Below, in pieces: positions 32,557 to 42,397 of a DNA stretch of 64,000 nucleotides. Origin of the DNA: an uncultured Gemmatimonadaceae bacterium (lineage in GTDB: Bacteria > Gemmatimonadota > Gemmatimonadetes > Gemmatimonadales > Gemmatimonadaceae). Within the stretch, counting starts at the first letter, position 1, and every line of letters starts with the position of its first letter. Made by a program: the position numbers and the translations under genes. The DNA is taken from contig CAWJMB010000002.1 of the NCBI GenBank assembly GCA_963843845.1, positions 160,001 through 224,000 of the forward strand, given 5' to 3'. Under the pieces are notes generated by a model. The model saw only the letters and a program-made list of their open reading frames with translations. It did not search any database and was not told the DNA's origin.

Positions 32557-34875
32557 TCAGCCGACGCGGCTCGTCGCGCCGAGCCGGCTCACGTCGGCCG
32601 CCGCGGCCGTCGTCGGACGGCCGAGGATCGCGTCGCGCCCGATCGCGGTGCCGCCCAGCTGCACCGTCTGGAACCCGCCCGTCGGCCCGACGATCGACGA
32701 CAGCGCGACGTGCAGCCCGCGCCCCACGCGCATCCCCGCGTCGACCGTGCAGACGTCGACGATCGTGTGCGCCGGGCGGTGGACGTCGAGGATGTGGTGC
32801 ACGACGTCGAGCTGCTCTTCCGTCAGTGCGGCGGGGATGAGGACGGTGAAGCGGTGGGCGTGGGTGGTGAAGGCGTCGGGGGTCTCCGAGCCCCGATCCC
32901 CGTCAGTGCCTAACGCCCCGCCGACGCGGAACCCCGCACCCACCACCGAGCTTCCGGACCCCCCACTCTCCCCCAGCACCGCCCCGCCGAGTCCGCGCAG
33001 CCGGAACTTCTCGATGAGGACGACGTCGACGCCGACGTAGAGCGAGAGGAAGCGCTCGAGTCCCGAGACCGTGCCGCGGGCGCGGAACAGCGACGCGATC
33101 TCGGCGACGACGTTGCGACGCGCGTCCACTGTGCGGCCGCCGGGACGCGGCGCGCGCGCCCACCGCTCGTCGAGCACGAGCCCCGCGAAGCTCGCGAGCC
33201 ACGGCAGCGCCTCGGCCGGCGTCGCGCGCGGGTCGAGCAACACGTGCCGCGCCTCCGAGCGCGCGTCCGCCTCGCCGAGGAACCCTTCGGCGATCGCGAG
33301 ATAGCGGCGCAGGAAGGCGGCGGTGGTCTCGTCGCGCGAGTAGAGCGTCGGGAGGCGCCGCAGGTAGTCGTGCGACGGGTACTCGGCGCGCAGGCAGCGA
33401 ACGCGCGGGGTGAGGTGCGTCGTGCCGCGCAGCTCGAGCACGAGCCACAAATAGCGCCCCGCTGGCGCGATGACCGGCGCCTCGTACGTGCGGAACGGGT
33501 CGTCGGCGGCCGGCTGTGCCCACGCGATCTCGCGCCCGCTCTCGCGCCGGTGCAGCGTCTGCGCGGCGGCGTCGGGCACGAGCGCGAGCGGCGGCATCGG
33601 CGGCGACAGATCGGGGCGCAGCACCGTGACGTCCGTGAGGTTCGCGGGCGGAACGCGCGGCAGGCGCGGCGACGCGGCGTCGTCGTCCTCGTCGTCGTCC
33701 GCGGTGATCGCGTGCAGGCGGACCTCGGTGCCGTCGGGGATGCACGCGTCGAGGAAGACGCGCCCCCACTGCATGGCGAACGCGCCGCTGTCGAGCCGGT
33801 ACGTGACGAGGCGGCCGGTGGGCACGTAGGTGAGCCGCGCCGGGACCGCGCGCCGGAAGCCGCGCTCGGTCCAGTAGCCGACCCGCCAGCTCGCGTCGTC
33901 GCAGGCGCACCCGTCGTCGTCGCCCTCGCACGCGCATCCCGCCCCGTCACCTTGCGCGGCGCGACCGGGCAGACGCTCGGGCGTGCGGACGATGCCGGCG
34001 CCGTCGTAGCCGCGCGCGCGGAGCGGCGACAGCAGCTCGACCGCGGCACCGTCGATGCGGCGCCGCGTGAAGTCCGCGCCCGGCCGCCGCGCGACGACGA
34101 GCACGTGCTCCGACTCCCACTCGACGTCGGTCGCGCCGGGCTCGTCGAACGTCGTCTGCTCGGCGCCGACCGGATCGAGCACGTGGACCGTCGCCGCCAC
34201 GGTGCCGGCGCGCGACAGCACGGCGAGCGCGCCGCGCGTCGGCGAGACGGCGACGCGCGACGGGCGGTCGCACGCCGGCGGCAGCGGAACGATCACCGGA
34301 TCGGAGCGCACCGTGAGGCGCACCACGGCCCGCGCCGCGTCGAGCACGGCGTAGACGCGCGCGCCGAACGCCGCGAGGTCGGTCGGGCGCGCGCCGGGGA
34401 GCGCGACGCGGCGCAGCAGGCGGCGGCCCCACAGATCGAACACGAGGAGCTGATCGGCGCCCGACTCGGCGACGAACAGGCGGTCGTCGGCGTCGACGGC
34501 GAGGCCGGCGACGTCGCGGAGTGCCGACGGCGCGCCGCCGGTGAAGTCGCCGAACGAGTCGGCGTCGCCGGTCGCGAACAGCGGGACCGAGTCGTCGGGG
34601 ACGGCGAGATCCCTCGCTGCGCTGGGGGCGACGTTCTGGAGGCCGATCCGATCCACGCGCCCCGCGTCGGGCACGCCGTGGTACAGTCGGCACGCGGCGT
34701 CGAACGCGAGGCCGCCGAACGGTACGCGACCGCCACGCGCGCCCTCGTCCTGCGTCGTCGTGCTCCACGCGAGCGAGATGACGCCCGCCTCGTGGTCGAG
34801 GAAGACGCCGTCGAACGACGACCGCACCCACTGGTCGCCGCTCCGGACGAGCGCGAACGGGCGTGTCGCCGGCAC
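32557..34875 (-). CDS. Baseplate wedge/phage tail protein (P2 gpI-like C-terminus, beta-propeller-like N-terminus)
   Basis: YLRRLPTLY, FLRRYLAIAE, LDPRATPAEALPWLASF, RGTVSGL, HRPAHT; GLAVDADDRLFVAE NHL-like repeat. Confidence 0.82.
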   Translation of the reverse strand: MPATRPFALVRSGDQWVRSSFDGVFLDHEAGVISLAWSTTTQDEGARGGRVPFGGLAFDAACRLYHGVPDAGRVDRIGLQNVAPSAARDLAVPDDSVPLFATGDADSFGDFTGGAPSALRDVAGLAVDADDRLFVAESGADQLLVFDLWGRRLLRRVALPGARPTDLAAFGARVYAVLDAARAVVRLTVRSDPVIVPLPPACDRPSRVAVSPTRGALAVLSRAGTVAATVHVLDPVGAEQTTFDEPGATDVEWESEHVLVVARRPGADFTRRRIDGAAVELLSPLRARGYDGAGIVRTPERLPGRAAQGDGAGCACEGDDDGCACDDASWRVGYWTERGFRRAVPARLTYVPTGRLVTYRLDSGAFAMQWGRVFLDACIPDGTEVRLHAITADDDEDDDAASPRLPRVPPANLTDVTVLRPDLSPPMPPLALVPDAAAQTLHRRESGREIAWAQPAADDPFRTYEAPVIAPAGRYLWLVLELRGTTHLTPRVRCLRAEYPSHDYLRRLPTLYSRDETTAAFLRRYLAIAEGFLGEADARSEARHVLLDPRATPAEALPWLASFAGLVLDERWARAPRPGGRTVDARRNVVAEIASLFRARGTVSGLERFLSLYVGVDVVLIEKFRLRGLGGAVLGESGGSGSSVVGAGFRVGGALGTDGDRGSETPDAFTTHAHRFTVLIPAALTEEQLDVVHHILDVHRPAHTIVDVCTVDAGMRVGRGLHVALSSIVGPTGGFQTVQLGGTAIGRDAILGRPTTAAAADVSRLGATSRVG

Positions 34876-37059
34876 CTAGCACTCCTCCCGCAGCGTCGGG
34901 ATCGGCACCGGCGTCTTCGACGGCGGCACGGGGCCCAGCGCCTCGCCGGGAACGAGCGGCGCACCCTGCACGACCGTGATCTCCGCCAGCTCCGGCACCT
35001 CCCACGGCCGCAGCGTCACGCGCTGATCGGCGGCCGGCTCCCAGGCGTTCGCGCGCTCGTTCCACGCGGCGACCGAGAGCCCGTGCAGGAAGTCGACCCC
35101 CTCGACCTGCAGCGCCGCGGCCTCGAGCTCCGGCCCGTACACGTCGCGCCGCAGCGGCCACCCGCCGCCGTCGGGGCCGTAGGGCGGCAACGGCGCGAGG
35201 TACTGCCGAACGACGAGCTCGACCCAGCGCCGCACGGCCTCGATGCCGTACCCCGGCTTCGCTTCCAGCCCGACGGCGACCGCGACGCGCCGGTACGTCG
35301 GCGGGATGACGTGCAGCTCCGTCGTCACGAGCCGGCGCGCGTCGAGCCACGCGCAGACGGCGCGGAGCAGCGTGCGGTCGGGCATCGGCGCGTTCGGGTG
35401 CAGCGCGTCCTCGCGCGGCCACACGACGACCGTGACGACGCCGGCGGCTTCGACGTTCGGCATCGCGCGCACCAGCCGCGGCAGGCACTCCGCGCGCCCG
35501 ACGCCGGCGCCGGGCGTCATGAGCGCCAGCTCGCGGAAGTCGCTCTCCGTCACGGCGCGGTCGTGGCGCCGGAACTCGCCCGGGATGCGTTCGAGCCCCT
35601 CGGCGACCGTCTCCGCGGGCGCGCCGCCGCGCGCGGCGAGCGGGTTCGACGCTCTCACCTGCGCCACGCCGGTGACTTTGCCGATCGCCTTCGGTGCGAC
35701 GTTCCCCGCGGCGCCGCCGCCGTACTGGTAGCTGCGCGCGCGAATGCGCTCGCCGATCCCCGGCACGCTGCCGCGCACGCCGTTGCCGAAGCGCACGACG
35801 CCCGCCTCGGGGTCGAGCGTGTAGTGGCGCGCGTCGGCGCGGCTCGTGTCGAGCGTGGTCGTCTCCTGCCAGTCGACCCAGCGGCCGTCGTGCTCGACCT
35901 GCAGCTGCACCGTTCCCGGCAGCACCGGCGTGTGCACGAGCGCCGCGCGCTGTCCCGCGTCGCCGGTGCCGCCGCCCAACAGCTCGGGGGGCGCCGTGCG
36001 CAGCTGCACGACCTCGGTCGCGTTGATCCCGACGTACGACACCCGTCCGATCCGCAGGTCGGCGCGGCGGCGCGTCGCGCGCACCCAGAACAGCACGCGC
36101 GCCTGCTCCTCGGCCTGCTCCAGCACGGGGGGGAAGTCGCCGGTGCCCAGCAGATACTCGTCGCCCGGGTCGGGGACGCCGACGGCGAGCGGATCGCTCG
36201 GAAGCCGCAGCCGCACGACGCCCTGCCGCGTGACGCCGGCGGTCGTGTCTCCCTCGACGGCGAGCGGCACGAAGCGGGGTCTCCCGTTCACCACCGTCGC
36301 CGTCGTCGCCTGCCACAGCATCTCGGGGCCGTTCCCGGCGCGCGTCCCGGGCACGCCCGACGCGATCTCGTCGTCCGGCGCGATCTGCTCGTCGAGTACG
36401 ATGCCGAAGTTGAGGACCGCGCCGCCCAACAGATCCGGGTCGGTCGTCCGCGTGCGCAGCACCGCGATCCACAGCGCGCCGTCGACGGTCGCGCCGACGT
36501 CGACCGCCTGCGCGCTCGGCGCCGCGGGATCGGTGGGCACGGTGCGCACCACGTAGTAGCCGGCGCTCTCCGTATCGGTGAGCCCGTCGAGCGCGTCGAT
36601 CGACGCGTTCGCGAAGTCGAGGGCTTCCGCCGTCGTCGGTGGTGGCGCGGCGACGCGTGCGACGGCCGTCGCGCCTAACGGCCAGGCGACGACTTCACTC
36701 CCCGTCTCGAACGAGACCGCGCCCGCCTTCGCCTCGGTGCGCAGCGCCACGCGCACCGGCCCGCCCGCGCTCGGCCCCGTGTCGACGCGCTCGAGGGTGA
36801 TCAGCGCGCGCGCCGGCGTCGCCGCGCGGAGCGGGATCTCGAGCAGCGACAGGAACGCGAGCTGTGTCGCCTCGGGGATCTGGTTGAACCGGTACAGCAG
36901 GTTCTCGCCGAGGAACGCGAACAGCTCGAGGAGCGTGACCCCGGGGTCGCTCGCGTTGTGATCGGTCCACTCCGGCGTGTAGACCGGGATGCGCCGAACG
37001 AGCTCGTCGCGGAGCTGCTGATACGTGCGGTCGTCGAGAATCGGGACGGGGAGTGGCAT
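34876..37059 (-). CDS. Baseplate J/gp6-like assembly protein (Afp11-like)
   Basis: LDDRTYQQL..RIPVYTPEWTDHNASDPGVTLLELFA; RFGNGVRG, YQYGGGAAGNV, RAVTESDF, RRLVTTEL. Confidence 0.93.
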   Translation of the reverse strand: MPLPVPILDDRTYQQLRDELVRRIPVYTPEWTDHNASDPGVTLLELFAFLGENLLYRFNQIPEATQLAFLSLLEIPLRAATPARALITLERVDTGPSAGGPVRVALRTEAKAGAVSFETGSEVVAWPLGATAVARVAAPPPTTAEALDFANASIDALDGLTDTESAGYYVVRTVPTDPAAPSAQAVDVGATVDGALWIAVLRTRTTDPDLLGGAVLNFGIVLDEQIAPDDEIASGVPGTRAGNGPEMLWQATTATVVNGRPRFVPLAVEGDTTAGVTRQGVVRLRLPSDPLAVGVPDPGDEYLLGTGDFPPVLEQAEEQARVLFWVRATRRRADLRIGRVSYVGINATEVVQLRTAPPELLGGGTGDAGQRAALVHTPVLPGTVQLQVEHDGRWVDWQETTTLDTSRADARHYTLDPEAGVVRFGNGVRGSVPGIGERIRARSYQYGGGAAGNVAPKAIGKVTGVAQVRASNPLAARGGAPAETVAEGLERIPGEFRRHDRAVTESDFRELALMTPGAGVGRAECLPRLVRAMPNVEAAGVVTVVVWPREDALHPNAPMPDRTLLRAVCAWLDARRLVTTELHVIPPTYRRVAVAVGLEAKPGYGIEAVRRWVELVVRQYLAPLPPYGPDGGGWPLRRDVYGPELEAAALQVEGVDFLHGLSVAAWNERANAWEPAADQRVTLRPWEVPELAEITVVQGAPLVPGEALGPVPPSKTPVPIPTLREEC

Positions 37060-37063
37060 CAGG

Positions 37064-37450
37064 TCACTCCAGGTAGAACGGATACACGAGATTCCCCGGG
37101 CGCTGGTCGCGCACGTGCACGTACGCGATGCGGATGAGCACGAGCGACGGGTCGTCGCCCGGGTCGACGGCGAGGTCGGTCAGTCGGACGCGCGGCTCCC
37201 ACGCGCCCAGCGCGAGCTCGACGTCGTGCTTGATGAGTGCGCGCGTCGCGCCGGTGTTCGGCCGCATGAGGTAGCGCCGCAGTCCGCAGCCGAACGACGG
37301 GCGCATGATCCGCTCGCCGGGCTCGGTGTCGAGGATGATGCGGATCGACTGCTGCACCTTGTCCGGCCCGCCCGCGTACTCGAGCGCGCCGCGATCGTTC
37401 GGCACGACCGGGAACGCCCACCCGCGGCCGAGGAAGCGGAGCGCGCTCAT
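37064..37450 (-). CDS. GPW/gp25 baseplate protein (Afp9-like)
   Basis: FLGRGWAFP, ILDTEPGERIMRPSFGCGL, WEPRV, NLVYPFYL. Confidence 0.95.
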   Translation of the reverse strand: MSALRFLGRGWAFPVVPNDRGALEYAGGPDKVQQSIRIILDTEPGERIMRPSFGCGLRRYLMRPNTGATRALIKHDVELALGAWEPRVRLTDLAVDPGDDPSLVLIRIAYVHVRDQRPGNLVYPFYLE

Positions 37451-37457
37451 GAGGGCC

Positions 37458-38993
37458 TCATGGCCGCGCGACCTCCGCCTCGAAGCTCACGCCGGCGGTC
37501 AGACTCGGACCCGTCGCAGCTGACGATGCCGCGGCGAGCTGCACGCCGAGGTTCGCGCCGGCGATGGGGGAGAACTCGGTCTTGAGCGCCTCGGCGATCG
37601 CCGGCGTGGTGCCGAAGCTCGCGTCGATGCTCGCGTCGACGCTCGCTTCGAGGTCGGCCTCGAACGCGAGCGACGCGCTCGTGACGTCGATCTCCGCGGT
37701 GACGCCGGCGGCGAGCTCGATCTCGGGCGGGATGCAGAACTTGAGCTTCAGCATGAACCACAGCCCGAACAGGATCATCACGACCGGCAGGAACAGCTCG
37801 AACACGAACGACGCGACGATCGTGATGAGCGGGATCGAGAACGAGCAGATCTCGGGGAACGACGAGCGCCCGTGCGAGCCGATCGTGCCGTCTTCCTTGC
37901 CCGCGACCATGAGCGCGCCCTTCGGCTTCGCGAACGCCACCCCGAACGTCGGCGTCGCCTGCGCGGCGAGCGCGTCGAGGTCGGGCATCTGCACGGTCAC
38001 CGGCCGCCTGCTCGTCCCGACCACGTCGAAGTGCGCCGCCAGCCTGTACGGGTCGCTCGGCGCGCTCCAGAACAGGCCGTCTGGGCACGGGCAGCGTACG
38101 GCGCGCGGGTGCGGCTTCAGGTGCCGCCGCGCGTAGCAGGCGATCTCGTAGAACTGCCCGTCGTCGAAGCGCGCGCGCCCGCGGTCGTCGGTCTCGCCGG
38201 TGCCGGTCGGGAGCAGGCCGAAGTACAGTGTGCCGAAGTGCCCGTCGTGTTTGCGGTCGGTCGGCGGCGCGATCAGCGGGTAGAGCGGAAACGTCGCCTC
38301 CCCCGCGATCTCGCTCGGCGCGCTGCGCACGGGGTGCCAGGCGCCGACCCTGTCCGCCGTCGCGCTCGGGAACCACCCCTGCAACTGCGGTGCGACGCCG
38401 AAGCGCAGCGCCCACGCGTGCAGCCGCTCGCGCTCCTGCGTGAGGCGCGCCCGCGTGCTCGCCCGCCGCGCCTCGACGAGGACGCCGCCGCCCGACTCGA
38501 GCGACGCCAGCTCCTGCCGCGCGCCGGTGATCGAGCGCAGCAGCGTCCCCGCCTCCCGCGCCCCGGCGCTCGGCACGTCGGTCGTGCGGCGCCGCACGAC
38601 GAAGCCCGCCTCGCAGACGTCGCCGCGCGCCGCGTTCGGGAAGCCGGGCGTGTCGCAGTGCAGTTCGACGACGACGAGATAGAAGCGCTTGTGCGTGTCG
38701 AGGAACACCTTGCGCGTGTTCGTGCCGTCGGGGACGTACTCGAGCTCCGTGAGTCGGCGCGGCCTGCCGTTGCTGCCGAGCGGGATCGCCGCCGCGGCCC
38801 GCGCGACGTGGACGAGGTCCTCGGTCGTGAAGCGGAGCGACCGCTGCGGGTGCGCGAGGAACTGCTCGACGAGCTTCGGGCTGTCGTACTTCTGCAGCAC
38901 GGGGCGCGTGAGCCGCCCGCCCTGCGTGTCCGCCGGGTTCGGCCAGCGCCACCACGGCGCGACGAGCAGCCAGTCGTGCGACGTCTCAGGCAC
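37458..38993 (-). CDS. Uncharacterised CIS protein with C-terminal hydrophobic segment
   Basis: Tightly packed between spike and gp25 genes; ICSFSIPLITIVASFVFELFLPVVMILFGLWFMLKLKFCIPP. Confidence 0.75.
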   Translation of the reverse strand: MPETSHDWLLVAPWWRWPNPADTQGGRLTRPVLQKYDSPKLVEQFLAHPQRSLRFTTEDLVHVARAAAAIPLGSNGRPRRLTELEYVPDGTNTRKVFLDTHKRFYLVVVELHCDTPGFPNAARGDVCEAGFVVRRRTTDVPSAGAREAGTLLRSITGARQELASLESGGGVLVEARRASTRARLTQERERLHAWALRFGVAPQLQGWFPSATADRVGAWHPVRSAPSEIAGEATFPLYPLIAPPTDRKHDGHFGTLYFGLLPTGTGETDDRGRARFDDGQFYEIACYARRHLKPHPRAVRCPCPDGLFWSAPSDPYRLAAHFDVVGTSRRPVTVQMPDLDALAAQATPTFGVAFAKPKGALMVAGKEDGTIGSHGRSSFPEICSFSIPLITIVASFVFELFLPVVMILFGLWFMLKLKFCIPPEIELAAGVTAEIDVTSASLAFEADLEASVDASIDASFGTTPAIAEALKTEFSPIAGANLGVQLAAASSAATGPSLTAGVSFEAEVARP

Positions 38994-38999
38994 AGGTCG

Positions 39000-39668
39000 T
39001 CACCAGATGTTGCCGGCGCCCGGCGTGTAGGCCGGCGACACGACACCGCTCGACGCGACCAGCGTCGTGCACTGCACGATCCCGTCGAACACCGCGACCG
39101 GCGCGTGCACGTTCAGCGCGCTCGCCGTCACCTCGACCGTGCTGTTCGCGACGATCTCGATCTGCCCCGCGGCCGTGAAGGTGACGTGCGCGCCGTTCGC
39201 GTGCGTGAGCCGGATCTCCTGCGACACGTCGTCGAGCACGAGCTCGTGCCCGCTCGCCATCGACAGCGTGACCTTCGCCGCGCCACTCGTATCGTCGAAC
39301 TCGAGCCGGCTGCCGCTGCGCGTCTTCCAGACGCGGATGTCGTTCGCCGCGGTCGGCGACTCGGGCAGCGCCGCCCGCCCGTTCCAGCAGGCGCCGACGA
39401 TGTACGGCCGCCGCAGGTCCCCCGCCTCGAACGCGACGACGACCTGCGTGTCGACGTCGGGGAGGATCTCGATCCCCTGGTCGTCGTCCGCGTACGGCGT
39501 GCACAGCGTCGCCCACCCCCGCACGTCCTCCCCCGCGACGCCGAGCCACGGAAAGCCGACCTCGATGCGGCCCAGCGCGTCGGGGTCGACGAGGTCGGTG
39601 ACGATCGCCGGGTAGACGCCGAAGTGGCGCGGCGCGCCGCCGTCAGCTGCAACGTCGCCGATCTTCAC
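39000..39668 (-). CDS. Baseplate assembly protein V / gp5-like spike
   Basis: GVYPAIVTDLVDPDALGRIEVGFPW..WA..LPDVDTQVVVAFEAGD..PYIVG OB-fold, then beta-helix-like segment; GTG start overlaps the upstream stop. Confidence 0.92.
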   Translation of the reverse strand: MKIGDVAADGGAPRHFGVYPAIVTDLVDPDALGRIEVGFPWLGVAGEDVRGWATLCTPYADDDQGIEILPDVDTQVVVAFEAGDLRRPYIVGACWNGRAALPESPTAANDIRVWKTRSGSRLEFDDTSGAAKVTLSMASGHELVLDDVSQEIRLTHANGAHVTFTAAGQIEIVANSTVEVTASALNVHAPVAVFDGIVQCTTLVASSGVVSPAYTPGAGNIW

Positions 39669-40753
39669 GCGGCCCCCTCGTTCAGCGTCGCGCGCTCCGC
39701 CTCGAAGTACGTGCGGAAGCCCTGCTCGAGGTCGTACGTGTGGCTCACCCGCGTGACGTAGTAGCCGCCGCCGAGGAACGGCGTGCCGACCCGCTCGAGC
39801 GCGATGCGGCTCCCGACGACCATGTCGGCGCTGCCGTGCGTCAGCCCGGTCACCGTCACGAAGCCCCGCGCGCGGCGCAGCATCTCCGCCGTCGCCCACG
39901 CCCGCGCCTCCTCCGCGCCCAACGGATTCTCGCGGACGCGGAACGACGCGCGCGCTCCGAACGCACGCTCGAGCACCGCCGGCCCCGTCCGCCCGCCCGT
40001 GACCTCGGCGTCGACGGCGTCGTGCTCGGCGGACTCGTCGACACGCTCGCGCCGCGTCGCGTCGTAGCCGCTCACCGTGACGCTCGTGCGCTGGTGCGCG
40101 AGGTCGGCGCGGCAGCGCACGTCGAGCAGGTCGGAGCCGGCGATCAGCGTCAGCTCGGTCGAGCTGCGGTTGCCGCGCGTCGCGAAGTGCAGCGTGTCGC
40201 CGTCGAGCCACAGCTCCGCCTGCAGCAGCCGCGCGCGCTCGCGCAGAAACGCGAGGTCGCTCTGGTTCCACTGCTGCACGACGCGGTACGTCGGCCCGTC
40301 GGCGTCGGCCGCGACCTGCAACCCGTGCTCGCCGCCGATCTCCCGCGCGATGTCGGCGTCGCTCATGTCGGCGTACGTCCGCATGCGCCGCGTCTGCCGC
40401 AGCGTCATCAGCCCGTCTTCCGCATACACCACGACGCTCGGCGATTCGCCGATGCGGACGACGGACTCGAGCGCGCTCACGCGACCCACGAACACGACGT
40501 ACGCGCCGTCGCCGCCGCCGATCGAGACGCCGAGCTCGGCGCCGAAGTCGAGCACGGCGCCGTCGAGCCACAGCTCGCGCTCCTCGTTGACGTTCGGCGT
40601 CGGCCCGAACCCGGTGAGATGCAACTCGAGCGTCTTCATGCCGTCGGTCGCTTCGTCGACGCGCAGGAACGTGAGGTCGCGCGCGAGCGCACCCTGCTCG
40701 ACGCCGGCGACCGTGAAGACGGGGCTGGTCGAGACGAGGAGCTCAGTCGGCAT
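39665..40753 (-). CDS. Phage late control D / gp27-like hub protein
   Basis: YADMSDADIAREI, QWNQSDLAFLRERA, VTVSGYD, YYVTRVSHTYD. Confidence 0.92.
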   Translation of the reverse strand: MPTELLVSTSPVFTVAGVEQGALARDLTFLRVDEATDGMKTLELHLTGFGPTPNVNEERELWLDGAVLDFGAELGVSIGGGDGAYVVFVGRVSALESVVRIGESPSVVVYAEDGLMTLRQTRRMRTYADMSDADIAREIGGEHGLQVAADADGPTYRVVQQWNQSDLAFLRERARLLQAELWLDGDTLHFATRGNRSSTELTLIAGSDLLDVRCRADLAHQRTSVTVSGYDATRRERVDESAEHDAVDAEVTGGRTGPAVLERAFGARASFRVRENPLGAEEARAWATAEMLRRARGFVTVTGLTHGSADMVVGSRIALERVGTPFLGGGYYVTRVSHTYDLEQGFRTYFEAERATLNEGAA

Positions 40754-40925
40754 AGCTCTCCGCCCGCGTGCGCTCCGCGATCCGCGCCCGCCGCTCTGCC
40801 GCGCGCTCCTGCCGAACGATGTCGGACGGCGAGTCGCCCGATCCGCTCGGCGCGCGCGGCGCGGCCGCCGGCGGCGTCGGCTCGTAGCTCACGTCGGTCG
40901 TCACGTCGTCGATGTGCACGGGCAT
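40743..40925 (-). CDS. Small CIS protein
   Basis: MPVHIDDVTTDV...RIAERTRAESYAD; overlaps both neighbours. Confidence 0.65.
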   Translation of the reverse strand: MPVHIDDVTTDVSYEPTPPAAAPRAPSGSGDSPSDIVRQERAAERRARIAERTRAESYAD

Positions 40926-42394
40926 CAGCGCGCGCCTCCCGCACCGGCGGCGGCGTCGTGCCCGCACCGCCCCCGGCAGCCGCACGGCCGCGCCGGTCGC
41001 CGCGCCGCCTGCGCGCGATCGGCCGCGCCGCGCGTGCGGTCGGCGGGGAGCCGCGTCCACGGCGACGCCGTCGGGTCGGCGGTCGGCTGCACCGCTGTCG
41101 CGTCGCGCGGGCCGAGCGCGACGCGGTCGCCCAACGCCGCGCGCCGCTCGACCGCCGCGCCGCGCACCGACGGACGCAGCGGCACGCCGAGTCCGAAGCT
41201 CGACGCGCGCGGGTCGGGGGGGGCTCCGGCGCTGCTCGTCGCGTTCGGCACCCCGGCCTGGGACGAGCTCGCGCCGAGCGCAGCGCCGTGAGGCACGGCC
41301 GCTCCCGCTGGACTCGCGGCCGCTCGCGTCGGCGCCGCGCTCCCGAACGCCGCGCGCGTGCTCGTCGACGCCGCCGCCGCGCGCGACGTCTGCACCGTCG
41401 CGATCGCCGCACGCACGCCGCCCGCTGCGGAGAGCGCGAACCCAGCGGAGGCGAGCCCGCCTAACGCGACACCGCTCTGTGACGGCGGCGTGTTGCGCGG
41501 GTCGAGCCCGACGCGCGCCTCGGCCGACGCCGTCGCGCCGACGTCGGGGCCGATCGATACGCCGACGCCGGCCGACGGCGTGAGCGACGTCGGGAAGTCG
41601 ATCGCCGCGCCGGCGGGGAGTGCGAGCGGGTCGGCGCCGCGCGCGATGCCGCGCCAGGCCGCGGGATCGACGCCGACGCGTGCCGCGAACGCCGCCGCCG
41701 ACTCGCCGTCGAGCGCGACCTGCGACCGGTCCGTCGCACGCGCTGCCCCGGCGGCGCCCACGCTCGCTCCGCCGCCCAGGCCGAGGCTCGCGCTGGCGCC
41801 GAACGAGATGCCGGCGCCGACCCCGATGCTCGCCGACGCGCTGAGTCCGGCCGAGAGTCCGAAGCTGCCGGGTCCCGCGCCGCCGCGGCCGGGCGGCTGT
41901 ACGCCGGCGGCGCGGTTCGCGCCGGGCCCGGTCTCGCCGAGTTGATAGCGCGCGTCCTGCTCCTTGATCACGACGCCGATCTTCGCGCGGAGCGCCGTGC
42001 CGTCGCTCGCGAACAGCGTGAAGTCGATCGTGACGTCCTCGATGACACCGTCGATCTGCAGGTCCTTCCAGTGGAAGCGCACCTTCGGCGGCTTCTGCTT
42101 CGCCGCCCCCTCGCCCGTCGGGAGCACGAACCGCTCGACGGCCGCCGTGCGCTCGCGCACCGACACCGGCGCCTCGGTCGTTCCCTCGTCGGCCGTGTCG
42201 AAGTGCAGGTCGAACGACAGCGTCGTCGACGTCTTGCCGAGGTACTGGCGCGTCTGCTGCGCGCTCGTCTCCTGCGACTCGAGTCGGTTGGCGAGCTGCA
42301 GGCGCAGCGAGGCCGGATTGAACTGCACCGGCACCTCGGGGCCCAGCCCGTCGGGCTTGATCTCGGTGAGCGTCGCCTTCTGCAATCCGGGCAT
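40925..42394 (-). CDS. CIS tube initiator (Afp7-like) with LysM-like region and Gly/Ala/Ser-rich extension
   Basis: VQFNPASL, LSFDLHFDT, PPKVRFHW, FTLFASDGTALRA; DPAAWRGIA..DPLAL. Confidence 0.85.
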   Translation of the reverse strand: MPGLQKATLTEIKPDGLGPEVPVQFNPASLRLQLANRLESQETSAQQTRQYLGKTSTTLSFDLHFDTADEGTTEAPVSVRERTAAVERFVLPTGEGAAKQKPPKVRFHWKDLQIDGVIEDVTIDFTLFASDGTALRAKIGVVIKEQDARYQLGETGPGANRAAGVQPPGRGGAGPGSFGLSAGLSASASIGVGAGISFGASASLGLGGGASVGAAGAARATDRSQVALDGESAAAFAARVGVDPAAWRGIARGADPLALPAGAAIDFPTSLTPSAGVGVSIGPDVGATASAEARVGLDPRNTPPSQSGVALGGLASAGFALSAAGGVRAAIATVQTSRAAAASTSTRAAFGSAAPTRAAASPAGAAVPHGAALGASSSQAGVPNATSSAGAPPDPRASSFGLGVPLRPSVRGAAVERRAALGDRVALGPRDATAVQPTADPTASPWTRLPADRTRGAADRAQAARRPARPCGCRGRCGHDAAAGAGGAR

Positions 42395-42397
42395 CGT

